This document shows positions 29,070-37,673 of a stretch of 42,746 nt of DNA, one piece after another. This stretch comes from a virus (taxonomy: Duplodnaviria; Caudoviricetes): positions 1-42,746 of IMG/VR virus record IMGVR_UViG_3300033407_000044. The stretch is one strand, 5' to 3'. The notes below the pieces were generated by a model. The model saw only the letters and a list, made by a program, of their open reading frames with translations, ran no database searches and had not been told where the DNA came from. Position 1 is the first letter of the stretch. The number at the start of each line of letters is the position of its first letter. A program made the position numbers and the translations under genes.

Positions 29070-31075
29070 TTTCGATAGCGCTCCCCTTGCCAACCCTCAG
29101 CCGAAATTGGTAAGTCAGTAACCCATTCAGGCAATTCGCACATTATATTTTCAAGTTCTTTTACACTGCCAAAATTTTTACTAACCTCCGTAACAATTTC
29201 GTCGTGAACGTGTAAAATTACAGGATACCCTCGCGACTCAACTCGAACTAATGCCTCAGCTAACAAATCACGAGCAGTCGCTTGAGTTACGTTTTCAGCG
29301 ATCAAGCCGCCATACGCAACACGAGTGCAAAAATTATTGTAAACCATACCTTTATAAGTAAGGGCAATTTTTTGCTCGCCCCAAGGTGTCTTTACCTCTT
29401 GGAGTTTAGGATATGGGTAACAAATTGTACGCCCTGAGGGCAGCCTGCAAAATAAAAAAGAGCCCTTACGCAGGAACGTTATTAGCCTACCCTGAACACC
29501 GCAAGCAAATTTTTTATTAGGGTTTTGGGTGGCCGCTTGAGCGGCATTTTCTAAGTCATACCAAAACCTGACTATGCGTTGATTGGCATTTCGCCAGCGC
29601 ACTTTAATTTCGTCAGCTTGCGCGTCGGGTACTTTAATAAAATAAACTTTTGCCATTGATTGAAATGCGCCGACGCCTCCCTGAAAGCCTAAAGCCAAGT
29701 TGGCAACTTTGCCAATTAATCGTTGGGCCTTATTCACTTTATCAATAGCAACGCCATAAATTTCGCCCGCTGTATGCTCGTACATTTTGCCGTGAGTGCG
29801 ATAGACATTGAGCGCTGACTCTTGGCCTGCGAGCCAAGCTAAAACGCGGCCCTCAATTGCGCTAAAATCGCAAGCAACCAATTTTTTACCAGGGGCAGAT
29901 CGGAGCATAGCTCGAATACAACTAGTAATTGGGTCGATCGCTGAACCATGAAAAATATTTAAATACTCACTTGCCTCGTCGGGGGGCACTTTAGCTAGCC
30001 TCTCCATTATGTCCTCAATTTCATTTTGTGAAATTGTAGGCCGTTTTAAATTTTGCAACTGTATGCGCCGGCCTGCCCAACGGCCAGTCGAGGCCGCGCC
30101 ATAATATTGGAAACAGCCGCGCACTCGCCCGTCACTGCTTTTGCTAGTTATCATCGCTTGCAATTTAGAAGTTGACGATTTACTTGCCTCTTGCCTCAAT
30201 AAAAGGGCTGATCTAACTTTATCTGGTAAGCTATCAAGCGCGAGTAAGTCCATAACCTCGGCTTTTTGGACTGTTTCGCAGTCAAAGCCTTGCAATTGTA
30301 TCCAATCTCGCAAGGCAACGCTGGCGTTGCAGGTTGAAACCATGCCGCCAGTTAAATTATTGATTGCCTCGTTGGCTTTTTCTTTTTCTTTTTTAACGAC
30401 AATGATTGCTTTTCTTGCGGCATTTTCGTCAAGATATACTCCGCGATAATTAATTTTTTGATCTAAAAGCCAAATATTTCGCTCTGAATTTGATAAGTGT
30501 AAAAGCCTTTTATCTAGTTCCCGCTCGACTATTATATCCTGTATGCAATACCTATAGAGCGCTTTATATTTTTCTTTTATGTCTAGTTTTGGCGTCGAGT
30601 CCTCGGCATTCCACCATGTAATTTTGCCAGTTTTCAGGCATATTTTCCTTGGCTTACAAAGCTGCAACATTACTCTATGGCCTTTCATATCTTTTTTATA
30701 TGGCATACCAGTTGCGTTTGATGCGGCCTCAAGTGTACCAGGCAGCCCCATAGAGTAAGCTCTAACCATTGTGCAGTCGAATTTCGAAATTGGCATTTGT
30801 GGCCATCCATAACGTCGACAAACACCATTCCATATTAAAAATTCAAATGCGGCGTTATGAGCTATAAAAATCGAGTTTGGGTTTTGGACGATTTGCTTCA
30901 ATTCATACGGGAAAGCTTGGCCGGGCCTCCAAAGTTTAACGTCGTTGTCGTTAATGGCGTATGCCATGCAAAGCGCATCGGTTGTTTTATCTAAGGCGTA
31001 AACATGAGCGCCGGCTTTTCTTAAATCGACAGTGCTCCTAGTTTCAAAATCAATGTGGACATTAATTTTTGCCAA
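29066..31075 (-). CDS. DNA polymerase family A (APSE-type) with 3'-5' exonuclease
   Basis: ExoI DFET, ExoII HNAAFE, ExoIII YCIQD; TGRW, motif A DFSAIEGRV, motif B R..GK..NLALGF, motif C HVHDE. Confidence 0.96.
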   Translation of the reverse strand: MAKINVHIDFETRSTVDLRKAGAHVYALDKTTDALCMAYAINDNDVKLWRPGQAFPYELKQIVQNPNSIFIAHNAAFEFLIWNGVCRRYGWPQMPISKFDCTMVRAYSMGLPGTLEAASNATGMPYKKDMKGHRVMLQLCKPRKICLKTGKITWWNAEDSTPKLDIKEKYKALYRYCIQDIIVERELDKRLLHLSNSERNIWLLDQKINYRGVYLDENAARKAIIVVKKEKEKANEAINNLTGGMVSTCNASVALRDWIQLQGFDCETVQKAEVMDLLALDSLPDKVRSALLLRQEASKSSTSKLQAMITSKSSDGRVRGCFQYYGAASTGRWAGRRIQLQNLKRPTISQNEIEDIMERLAKVPPDEASEYLNIFHGSAIDPITSCIRAMLRSAPGKKLVACDFSAIEGRVLAWLAGQESALNVYRTHGKMYEHTAGEIYGVAIDKVNKAQRLIGKVANLALGFQGGVGAFQSMAKVYFIKVPDAQADEIKVRWRNANQRIVRFWYDLENAAQAATQNPNKKFACGVQGRLITFLRKGSFLFCRLPSGRTICYPYPKLQEVKTPWGEQKIALTYKGMVYNNFCTRVAYGGLIAENVTQATARDLLAEALVRVESRGYPVILHVHDEIVTEVSKNFGSVKELENIMCELPEWVTDLPISAEGWQGERYRK

Positions 31076-31084
31076 GATAAAGCT

Positions 31085-31237
31085 CCCTCTTTTATTTAAA
31101 TTGTCTTGATTTACTCAAGACCCTCTTTTATTTAAATTGTCTTGATTTACTCAAGACCCTCTTTTATTTAAATTGTCTTGATTTACTCAAGACCCTCTTT
31201 TATTTAAATTGTCTTGATTTACTCAAGACCCTCTTTT
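31085..31237. repeat. Perfect tandem repeat, 36 bp x4 plus 9 bp
   Basis: CCCTCTTTTATTTAAATTGTCTTGATTTACTCAAGA repeated without spacers. Confidence 0.97.
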
Positions 31238-31419
31238 TCGCAGAACCAAGTTTCAATACTCAGCTCGACCATGCCGGTATCTTTAAACTCGCTCAATTCG
31301 TAACCGTTTTCTATGCACGACCTTGGTATCCATGTTTCATCAAAGCCGGTTGCAAGGCAAATTGCTTTCGGCGTTGTGCTAATGATTTCGCCGTAAATTT
31401 CGCTATATATTTTGTCCAT
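31219..31419 (-). CDS. Small hypothetical protein (T.KAI...WIP.S motif)
   Basis: Common small phage beta-protein motif; start moved to ATG 31419 because the upstream part is a hairpin. Confidence 0.7.
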   Translation of the reverse strand: MDKIYSEIYGEIISTTPKAICLATGFDETWIPRSCIENGYELSEFKDTGMVELSIETWFCEKEGLE

Positions 31420-31435
31420 AAATTCTACTTTCCAT

Positions 31436-31507
31436 AAAAAAAAACTGCTCGGCAAATGAGCCAATTGCTTGGGTGGAAACGATTTAACAATCACTTGCCG
31501 GGCAGTT
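31436..31507 (-). terminator. Long stem-loop with U-tract after ssb
   Basis: AACUGCCCGGCAAGUGA pairs with UCAUUUGCCGAGCAGUU, followed by a U-run. Confidence 0.75.
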
Positions 31508-31524
31508 AACTTCAATTTTTATAA

Positions 31525-32121
31525 TTAACTAAATAAATCAGCCGAGCTGCCAGCGCTTTCGCCCGCGTCCGAATTTTCAACAGCTTGAAAGTCGTCTTGC
31601 GGTTTGCTACGAGCGCCGAAACTTTCGCCGTCGCGAAGTTTTTGCACGTTATTTAATCCAAAAGCAATGCCTCGATTGCCTTTATTGTCGTATGCATAAG
31701 CGTTTATCATTGCTCGTGCATAGCATCCACCATAAAACTCGGCAGTATCAATTATCTCATTAACGTCCTGGTCAACAACGCCGGGGCGTTGGTTTGATCG
31801 CAAATTAAGATAAAAAGCGCCTGCCTCATAACCTTGCGGCAATTCTTTTTCGCCTGTTGCAGTATTTACTTTTGCTCGGTCACCTTGATCGCGAAACGGT
31901 GATCGCATTTGATTCGGTTGGCACGGCCATTTTGAATTGTCCTTGCCAAACTTTTTTATCAAAGCCTCTTGCGCCGCTTTCTTCAATGCCGTTAAATCAT
32001 CGCCTTTTTTGAAAAGCGCGATTAAAGAATATTCGTCTTTGCCGTTTAAATCGTTTCGCTTTGGTTGAAATACGGCCGGGAACGCAACTCTAAACTCGGG
32101 TGTTAATACTTTTGTACTCAT
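31525..32121 (-). CDS. ssb: Single-stranded DNA-binding protein (DUF2815)
   Basis: R..FP.VF.P, PFRD, FYGGCYARA, GNRGIAFGLNNVQK.RDGE, acidic tail. Confidence 0.92.
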   Translation of the reverse strand: MSTKVLTPEFRVAFPAVFQPKRNDLNGKDEYSLIALFKKGDDLTALKKAAQEALIKKFGKDNSKWPCQPNQMRSPFRDQGDRAKVNTATGEKELPQGYEAGAFYLNLRSNQRPGVVDQDVNEIIDTAEFYGGCYARAMINAYAYDNKGNRGIAFGLNNVQKLRDGESFGARSKPQDDFQAVENSDAGESAGSSADLFS

Positions 32122-32301
32122 TTTTATTTTCTCCTATTAGTTTTCTAGTTTTTTAGTTTTCATTTTTAAAGTGCTAGCGGGGCGCTCATAACACCTCGCC
32201 AGCAATAACCTCAGAGCGTTGGTTTTTTCTCCTCGATTAAAGACAAGATTATTTAGAGGCACAAGCGAATAAACTTTTTTAACTATAACGCTCATTACAA
32301 T

Positions 32302-33114
32302 TCAGCCTTCAACCGGCTCAAAATCAAGCTTAGGGTCGCGGTAAAAACCAAACTGTTTTTTCGCATCGGCAACATTTACTTTCTGCTTTTGCGGGCACTT
32401 AATTTTAGCAGGGCAAAAAATGCAATGATCGCCTGCAACTAAAGCGGCGTTTTCTTTTATAGTCTCTTTAGCTGCGGCAATTAAATCAGCCTCAAAATCA
32501 ATAAAATATGTATTGGGTACCGTCCAACTTCTTATAGGCCCGTCAGGGTGATAAGCTCTTGGTTGGACGATTGTCATTGTTATATATTTAGGTCTATATG
32601 GTAAAGTTGATAGCGCCCCGAGTGCATAGTAAGAAGTTTGCAGATTGTTTTCAACATTTACAACAATGCCTTCGCCGTGTTTATAATCAGCCACGTGTAA
32701 TGTCTGTTTCGAGCCCTCGTAGGCAACACAATCACTCGTGCCGTAAAGATCAGGGAAAATCTCAGTCATATCAAAAGCGTGCTCAATATGCACAACACCG
32801 CAACGCTTTTTTAGCTCAGCAACATATTCTAGGTAAACGCCCACTTGTCTGTTGAAAGTTTCTATGACATCGCCGACAGTTATTTGTTTCGAAAACGACT
32901 CCTCCAAAATAAAAGCTGAATACTCATGCGCCATTGTGCCAATTTGAGCGGCAGCCCCTGCTTTGTGGGGCACGCCCTCGCTCTCCCTAATTGAGCCAGG
33001 GCATTTAGCCCAACGATGCATTGAACTCGCCCCAATCTTGCTATGTACCGGCCTGTCATCTTTTAGCTCGAATTTTGGCGCAATTATTGTTTTTTCAAAC
33101 GTGTTGTTTACCAA
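32302..33114 (-). CDS. DUF2800 PD-(D/E)xK (Cas4-like) nuclease
   Basis: HS..GAS..HRW..CPGS, GT.AH, GTSD, DYKHG.G, Q..YYALG, C.FC..K..C; TTG 33114 follows GGAGG. Confidence 0.9.
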   Translation of the reverse strand: MVNNTFEKTIIAPKFELKDDRPVHSKIGASSMHRWAKCPGSIRESEGVPHKAGAAAQIGTMAHEYSAFILEESFSKQITVGDVIETFNRQVGVYLEYVAELKKRCGVVHIEHAFDMTEIFPDLYGTSDCVAYEGSKQTLHVADYKHGEGIVVNVENNLQTSYYALGALSTLPYRPKYITMTIVQPRAYHPDGPIRSWTVPNTYFIDFEADLIAAAKETIKENAALVAGDHCIFCPAKIKCPQKQKVNVADAKKQFGFYRDPKLDFEPVEG

Positions 33115-33157
33115 TGGGGCTCCCTCCAAACGAGATCGTTGCAAAGTTTTTTATGTT

Positions 33158-33715
33158 TTATTGCAAAAGTTTTTTGCAAGCGTCAGTAATGGTCCCGTAT
33201 TTCGCGGGGTCGATATCAGATATCCGCTCAGCGCCAACATTTGTTATTAGCTCTCTCACTTTATTCATCCCGCATTTAGTGCCTACCTCTTGCAATTTTT
33301 GAGTGAGTTGCTCTTTTGTAATTTCAGGTGTTGAAATGGGAGCCGGCGAGGCATCGTCGAAAAGGCTCATTCCCTCACTCGGCTCCGCGATTGCATTTTC
33401 GGGTGTGGCACCACTTTCGGGTTTTGTATCATTATTAAAAGTAAACTGTTTTGAGCTCATAAAATCAGCAATCGTGTCAAGAGCCTTTGCTAACTGCGTG
33501 TGCATATTTGCAATTAAATCTAGTTTATATACTATTTCTTTTAAGAGGCGATCGTTTGATTTTGGTTTTGTTGCTGCATTTGATTTTGGGTTTGTTGTGG
33601 CCGCAGAGGACGCAGGCTTTTTTATCGTTGCTGTTTTTTTAGTTGTGAGCTTTCTTTTTGCTTTTTTGGCGATTTTCTTTTTGCTCGCTTTGCGAGTGAC
33701 TTTTTTCTTGCTCAT
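33158..33715 (-). CDS. Hypothetical protein: Lys-rich N-terminus, C-terminal helical domain common upstream of DUF2800
   Basis: Histone H1-like K/A tract; ITKEQL...VRELI...GA.RISDI.P.KY. Confidence 0.75.
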   Translation of the reverse strand: MSKKKVTRKASKKKIAKKAKRKLTTKKTATIKKPASSAATTNPKSNAATKPKSNDRLLKEIVYKLDLIANMHTQLAKALDTIADFMSSKQFTFNNDTKPESGATPENAIAEPSEGMSLFDDASPAPISTPEITKEQLTQKLQEVGTKCGMNKVRELITNVGAERISDIDPAKYGTITDACKKLLQ

Positions 33716-33848
33716 TTTACCAACCTTTCGTTTTTAAGTTTTAGTTTTTTAAATTTTCAATCGCAAATTTTTATGAGTTTTTGCGATATCCAACGAACGT
33801 AAAACGAAAACCAACCGATTAGCAAATATTTTTTATTGAGTGAGCGCG

Positions 33849-34031
33849 TTATCGCTTTTTGGCGCGTGGCGCTTTTTTCATTGCTCGGCCACAAGTCGGG
33901 CACTTAGCTAAATTCAGCGCATCGAGCATTGCTTTTTCAAAAATGCCAGCGAAGTCGATACCTTTGCGTCTTGCTTTTTTAAATAATTCAGGGTCAACCC
34001 GGACACTGGTTACTGTTTTTGGCTTGCTCAT
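33849..34031 (-). CDS. Ribbon-helix-helix regulator with CxxC
   Basis: VTSVRVDPEL..KA...GI beta-helix-helix pattern; CPTCG. Confidence 0.7.
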   Translation of the reverse strand: MSKPKTVTSVRVDPELFKKARRKGIDFAGIFEKAMLDALNLAKCPTCGRAMKKAPRAKKR

Positions 34032-34072
34032 TTTAATTTTTCCTTTTTTATTTTTTTTTATTTATTTCTTTT

Positions 34073-34348
34073 TTATTTATTTGCCCCGCAAATAAAACAA
34101 TACAAAACCTTGTCGTCTTTATAATCTCGGGCCCAAACATGATTGCAAACTTTTTGCATTTCAGATTGGCGAATTTGCAACTCCAAAGTTATATTTTTTA
34201 GACTTAAGATTGCTCGCGATAACTCACTCGGCGACATTAAGTAATTAATTTCAATAATAGGCGGCGCAGGGCTTTTGCCTTTTAATCGTATTATTGTTTC
34301 GGTTGAACCGTCAGTTTTTTGAATAAAATCAAAAAGTTCTTTTTTCAT
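34073..34348 (-). CDS. Hypothetical protein with C-terminal zinc finger
   Basis: CNH.W...CFICG; GGAG SD. Confidence 0.65.
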   Translation of the reverse strand: MKKELFDFIQKTDGSTETIIRLKGKSPAPPIIEINYLMSPSELSRAILSLKNITLELQIRQSEMQKVCNHVWARDYKDDKVLYCFICGANK

Positions 34349-34733
34349 TTCGTCTCCGCTGTTTTATGCAATTTATAAAAATTTCTGAATCTTTATCGTT
34401 TACTTTTAATTTTCCATTTTCGCGCACAATATGAGAAAAATGTTTGGGGGCCCCTAAACGTTGGCCGTCAAGATCGACAAATTCTCCATATAAACAAATA
34501 TCATCAAATGAACTATTAATTATTCCGCAAGAGCATTTACCCTCAAAAGTATTTTTTACCATACCTTTTATTTTTATAGTTTCGATTTTAATTTTTTGGC
34601 TTGAGGTATCGTCTAGCGCCAACGTTTCTGCCGTTTTTTGGCTCTGCTCTATTGGCTTATTATCTACTAAAATAAAACAAACTCCAACGAGAAAAATAGC
34701 ATAAAATATAATTATTAATGGCATTGCCCGCAC
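34329..34733 (-). CDS. Membrane-anchored hypothetical protein
   Basis: N-terminal TM helix; several Cys. Confidence 0.6.
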   Translation of the reverse strand: MRAMPLIIIFYAIFLVGVCFILVDNKPIEQSQKTAETLALDDTSSQKIKIETIKIKGMVKNTFEGKCSCGIINSSFDDICLYGEFVDLDGQRLGAPKHFSHIVRENGKLKVNDKDSEIFINCIKQRRRNEKRTF

Positions 34734-34736
34734 TCC

Positions 34737-35033
34737 TTATTTTCCGTGGTAACGCATGTTACGTTTTTTATTTTTAAAGATTTCAGGGTTTGAGTCAACG
34801 GCATACTCAACAAGGCCAACCCAAAAAGGAGTTACTGCCGATTTAACATATCTGCCCGCGGTTTGAGAGGCGCTTTTAGCAGCTTTCGCCACCGTAACTT
34901 TTTTGCAATTTTTCTTATTAGCTTTGCAACGAATTTCGCTAAGCTCATCATTGCTGATTGTTTGCCTGCTTGCATTGCAATTATTTGCGCCTACATATAA
35001 AAAAGTAATAATTGTAATGGCTAAAAGTTTCAT
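34737..35033 (-). CDS. Secreted/lipoprotein-like hypothetical protein
   Basis: MKLLAITIITFLYVGA signal-like start. Confidence 0.6.
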   Translation of the reverse strand: MKLLAITIITFLYVGANNCNASRQTISNDELSEIRCKANKKNCKKVTVAKAAKSASQTAGRYVKSAVTPFWVGLVEYAVDSNPEIFKNKKRNMRYHGK

Positions 35034-35221
35034 TGTTTTTGCTCCAATTTATCGATTTCTTTTTGTAAGCGGTTTAATACACGTTGTATCTCAGTTGCTA
35101 CGTTACCCACTCGGCGAACGTCAAGCTCGTTTGAAAGGTTTTGCAGCGAGTACCAAGTATTCGCGGCTTTTTCAATTATCTCTAAAGCCTGTTTTTTAGT
35201 GTTTATTTTTGTCTTGCTCAT
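35030..35221 (-). CDS. Small coiled-coil protein, probably leaderless
   Basis: ATG 35221 lies 6 nt after a TACAAT -10 box. Confidence 0.6.
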   Translation of the reverse strand: MSKTKINTKKQALEIIEKAANTWYSLQNLSNELDVRRVGNVATEIQRVLNRLQKEIDKLEQKQ

Positions 35222-35227
35222 ACTATT

Positions 35228-35257
35228 ATTGTAGTACATTCGTACTACCTTTTTCAA
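35228..35257 (-). promoter_or_regulatory. Sigma70-type promoter with overlapping palindromic operator
   Basis: TTGAAA-N18-TACAAT; perfect inverted repeat GTAGTAC-N4-GTACTAC over the spacer and -10. Confidence 0.75.
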
Positions 35258-35274
35258 GTGTCTCATTTTCGAAA

Positions 35275-35674
35275 CTATTTTATATTTGAGCTCATAAACA
35301 AACTAGCCAGCTCTGAGTAAATTTCTGCTTTTTTATCATCTTCGTAAAATATATCAGCCAGTTGGGTAAATTGCTTTGATATGAGCCCCGCTCTATTTTG
35401 AGATGAGTTGCTTTGATATGAGCCCCGCTCTATTTTGAGATGAGTTGCTTTCCCAATGAGGCGCGAGCTCATAGAGGCGCATTTTGATATTCTCGACCTT
35501 TTTTTCAGTCTGGGCAAGTAATATCTCAAGGCATACATGACACGTAATTTTTTTGTAAGTTGTTGAGTATGTATGGCCTTTGATTTTATTGTGGTTACTA
35601 GGTAGGCCGCAAGGATATTTTTTGCCGTACCAGGTTGGCCCTAAATGTACTGTAATATTTTCTTTTTTACGCAT
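35275..35674 (-). pseudogene. Zn-finger-like gene frameshifted by a 37-bp duplication
   Basis: Both track ORFs share SNSSQNRAGLISKQ; removing one unit restores a single 120-aa ORF. Confidence 0.8.
35371..35451. repeat. Tandem duplication, 37 bp x2 plus 7 bp
   Basis: TTGCTTTGATATGAGCCCCGCTCTATTTTGAGATGAG twice, then TTGCTTT. Confidence 0.95.
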
Positions 35675-35682
35675 TCTGCTCC

Positions 35683-37017
35683 CTATATAAACGTTGATAA
35701 TTCTTGAGTTTTTCGCATTAAAGTGCCTGTAATTTTCGCATCTAATGAATCAGCAATGCATACGTGCCTTACTGTTACAGGACGCTCTTGGCCTATTCTA
35801 TGGCACCTCATAGCGGCTTGGGCGTTGCTCCCCGGTACCCAGTCTTGCTCGATGAATAAAACGTTGTGAGATGCCGTCAGCGTTACCGCGGTACCCGCCG
35901 CCTGAATATTGCCATAAAACAATTTACACTCAGGGTCGTTTTGGAAACGATCAACTGCCTCTTGCCTTTGCTTTGGTGGTGTCGCGCCGGTGATCACTAC
36001 GCTCTTATATCGCGAATTTAAGCGCCTCATGAGCCCCTCAATAACGTCAGTGTGTACACCAAAGACCACGAGCTTGTCATACTGCTCGTTTTTAAGCTCC
36101 CCGTCTATTAACTCGGCTGTTTGGTCAACTTTAGTTATCCCGTGATATCTCCTCAAGCTCGATAGAGATTGACTGGCCGCCTGCAAAGCGCTCAATAGTT
36201 TGTCGTCATTAGGTATGTGGTCAAAATCAATTTGCTGGCTTAATTTCGCCCACTCCTGAGTCAATTTCGTTTTCAAATCGCCGTCAATTTCATTATATCT
36301 TGGTTTTATGTAGTGGACTTGATGCCATATAGGCGGCAATTGTTTTAAAACGTCCTTTTTTAATCGCCTTAAAACAAACTTTTTTAATATCGTTTTTAAT
36401 TCAGGCGTGTGCTTAGTATTCGAGCCTGTAATTTGCACGCGAGAATATCGATTGCCGCCAATATGATGCGCGTTACAATATCGAGCGATAAAGCCCTCAT
36501 AACTCAATTTTGTATATCCGAAAGTAAAAAGCCAAGTCCAAAGCTCACCGGCATGGTTAGGCGCAGGCGTGCCGGTTAGCGCCCACATTCTTTTCGTATA
36601 GTGCAAAACTCCTAACTTTCCTAAAATAGCAAGCGTGCGTTTCGCTGTTGGCGTTTTTAAAAAATGAGCCTCGTCAACAATGACAACGTCCCAACTTCGA
36701 CGTGTAAACTTATCTAAGTATAGACTGAGCCGATCAAAAGAAGTAATTAAAACTTGATTGTGGTAATCAGTGCGCCTCGGTACTGAGCCAGGCTCAAAAA
36801 CTTCGCTATCAATATTACCAAAGCTCCTAAACTCTTTTTGCCAATTGTAAAGTGCAACTGCGGGGCAAATAACCAAGATTCGTTTTGATTTAAGAGACAA
36901 GGCCGCGTGAATTGTTTGAGCTGTTTTACCCAAGCCCATTTCGTCGGCCAACATTGCGAATCGTTTCGATTCTAAAAATTTAACGCCCTCGATTTGATAA
37001 TTGAAAAGCTTAATCAT
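35683..37017 (-). CDS. SNF2-family helicase
   Basis: LADEMGLGKT, DEAH, LTGTP, GTAVTLT, QA..RCHRIGQ; ATG 37017 follows GGAG. Confidence 0.95.
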   Translation of the reverse strand: MIKLFNYQIEGVKFLESKRFAMLADEMGLGKTAQTIHAALSLKSKRILVICPAVALYNWQKEFRSFGNIDSEVFEPGSVPRRTDYHNQVLITSFDRLSLYLDKFTRRSWDVVIVDEAHFLKTPTAKRTLAILGKLGVLHYTKRMWALTGTPAPNHAGELWTWLFTFGYTKLSYEGFIARYCNAHHIGGNRYSRVQITGSNTKHTPELKTILKKFVLRRLKKDVLKQLPPIWHQVHYIKPRYNEIDGDLKTKLTQEWAKLSQQIDFDHIPNDDKLLSALQAASQSLSSLRRYHGITKVDQTAELIDGELKNEQYDKLVVFGVHTDVIEGLMRRLNSRYKSVVITGATPPKQRQEAVDRFQNDPECKLFYGNIQAAGTAVTLTASHNVLFIEQDWVPGSNAQAAMRCHRIGQERPVTVRHVCIADSLDAKITGTLMRKTQELSTFI

Positions 37018-37090
37018 TCTCCGCACTTTCTATAACTTTCTCCAAGTATTTTTAGAATCACTGAAAATTATCGATATAGATGCAGTACTG

Positions 37091-37163
37091 AAAATTACTA
37101 GATTTTAATGCTAAAAATTACTAGATTTTAATGCTAAAAATTACTAGATTTTAATGCTAAAAA
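37091..37163. repeat. Tandem repeat, 23 bp x3
   Basis: AAAATTACTAGATTTTAATGCTA three times, intergenic. Confidence 0.95.
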
Positions 37164-37208
37164 CCACTCTATTTCAATTGTTTTCAATCGATTTAATATT
37201 CTCGATAT

Positions 37209-37673
37209 CTAAGTACCTTTATAGGCATCCACCAATCCATTTATTACTAAATATGGCTCAGAATCGCAATCGTGTCGCCTTGGTGTCCTTTCAATATCGA
37301 AGTACATTCTATAAAACCCCGTCGGCTTAGATACTTGTCTGTAATCAGCAACTAAGTTATCGAGCATTTCAGTTAGTCCCTCATGCGCCCCATCGTCGGT
37401 AAACTTTTCGCAAAGAACCCATGCGCCAGCCAAGCCAACAAATACTTTTAAGGGCCTCAGTATTTTCCCTTTTTCGATAGTAACGGAGGGCACAAGTCTC
37501 TCATATATGACCGCACTTAAAATTGATATTAGTTCCCGAGGCACAAGGCTATCATATCGGTGCAATTCAAGTTTAGAAGTAGCAATTCTTTTGGCAGCAT
37601 TAAGCCCTTTAGCCCAAGCAAGCGCATATCGCGCTTGCTCTATGTATGTTTTTTTATCTAGTGTTAGTACCAT
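37209..37673 (-). CDS. Hypothetical protein
   Basis: Start overlaps the amidase stop; 154 aa. Confidence 0.6.
   Translation of the reverse strand: MVLTLDKKTYIEQARYALAWAKGLNAAKRIATSKLELHRYDSLVPRELISILSAVIYERLVPSVTIEKGKILRPLKVFVGLAGAWVLCEKFTDDGAHEGLTEMLDNLVADYRQVSKPTGFYRMYFDIERTPRRHDCDSEPYLVINGLVDAYKGT

Noticed and set aside
28716-29093. Group I intron or intein carrying the HNH
   Set aside because: The HNH lies between complete pol and primase ORFs with simple start/stop overlaps.
31085-31237. CRISPR array (36-bp palindromic repeats near a Cas4-like gene)
   Set aside because: There are no spacers, the unit derives from a gene end plus SD, and DUF2800 is a standard member of this replication module.
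33114-33180. Frameshift or read-through fusion of 33158..33715 with DUF2800
   Set aside because: The downstream frame has a TAA just before it, and DUF2800 has its own strong SD with TTG 33114.
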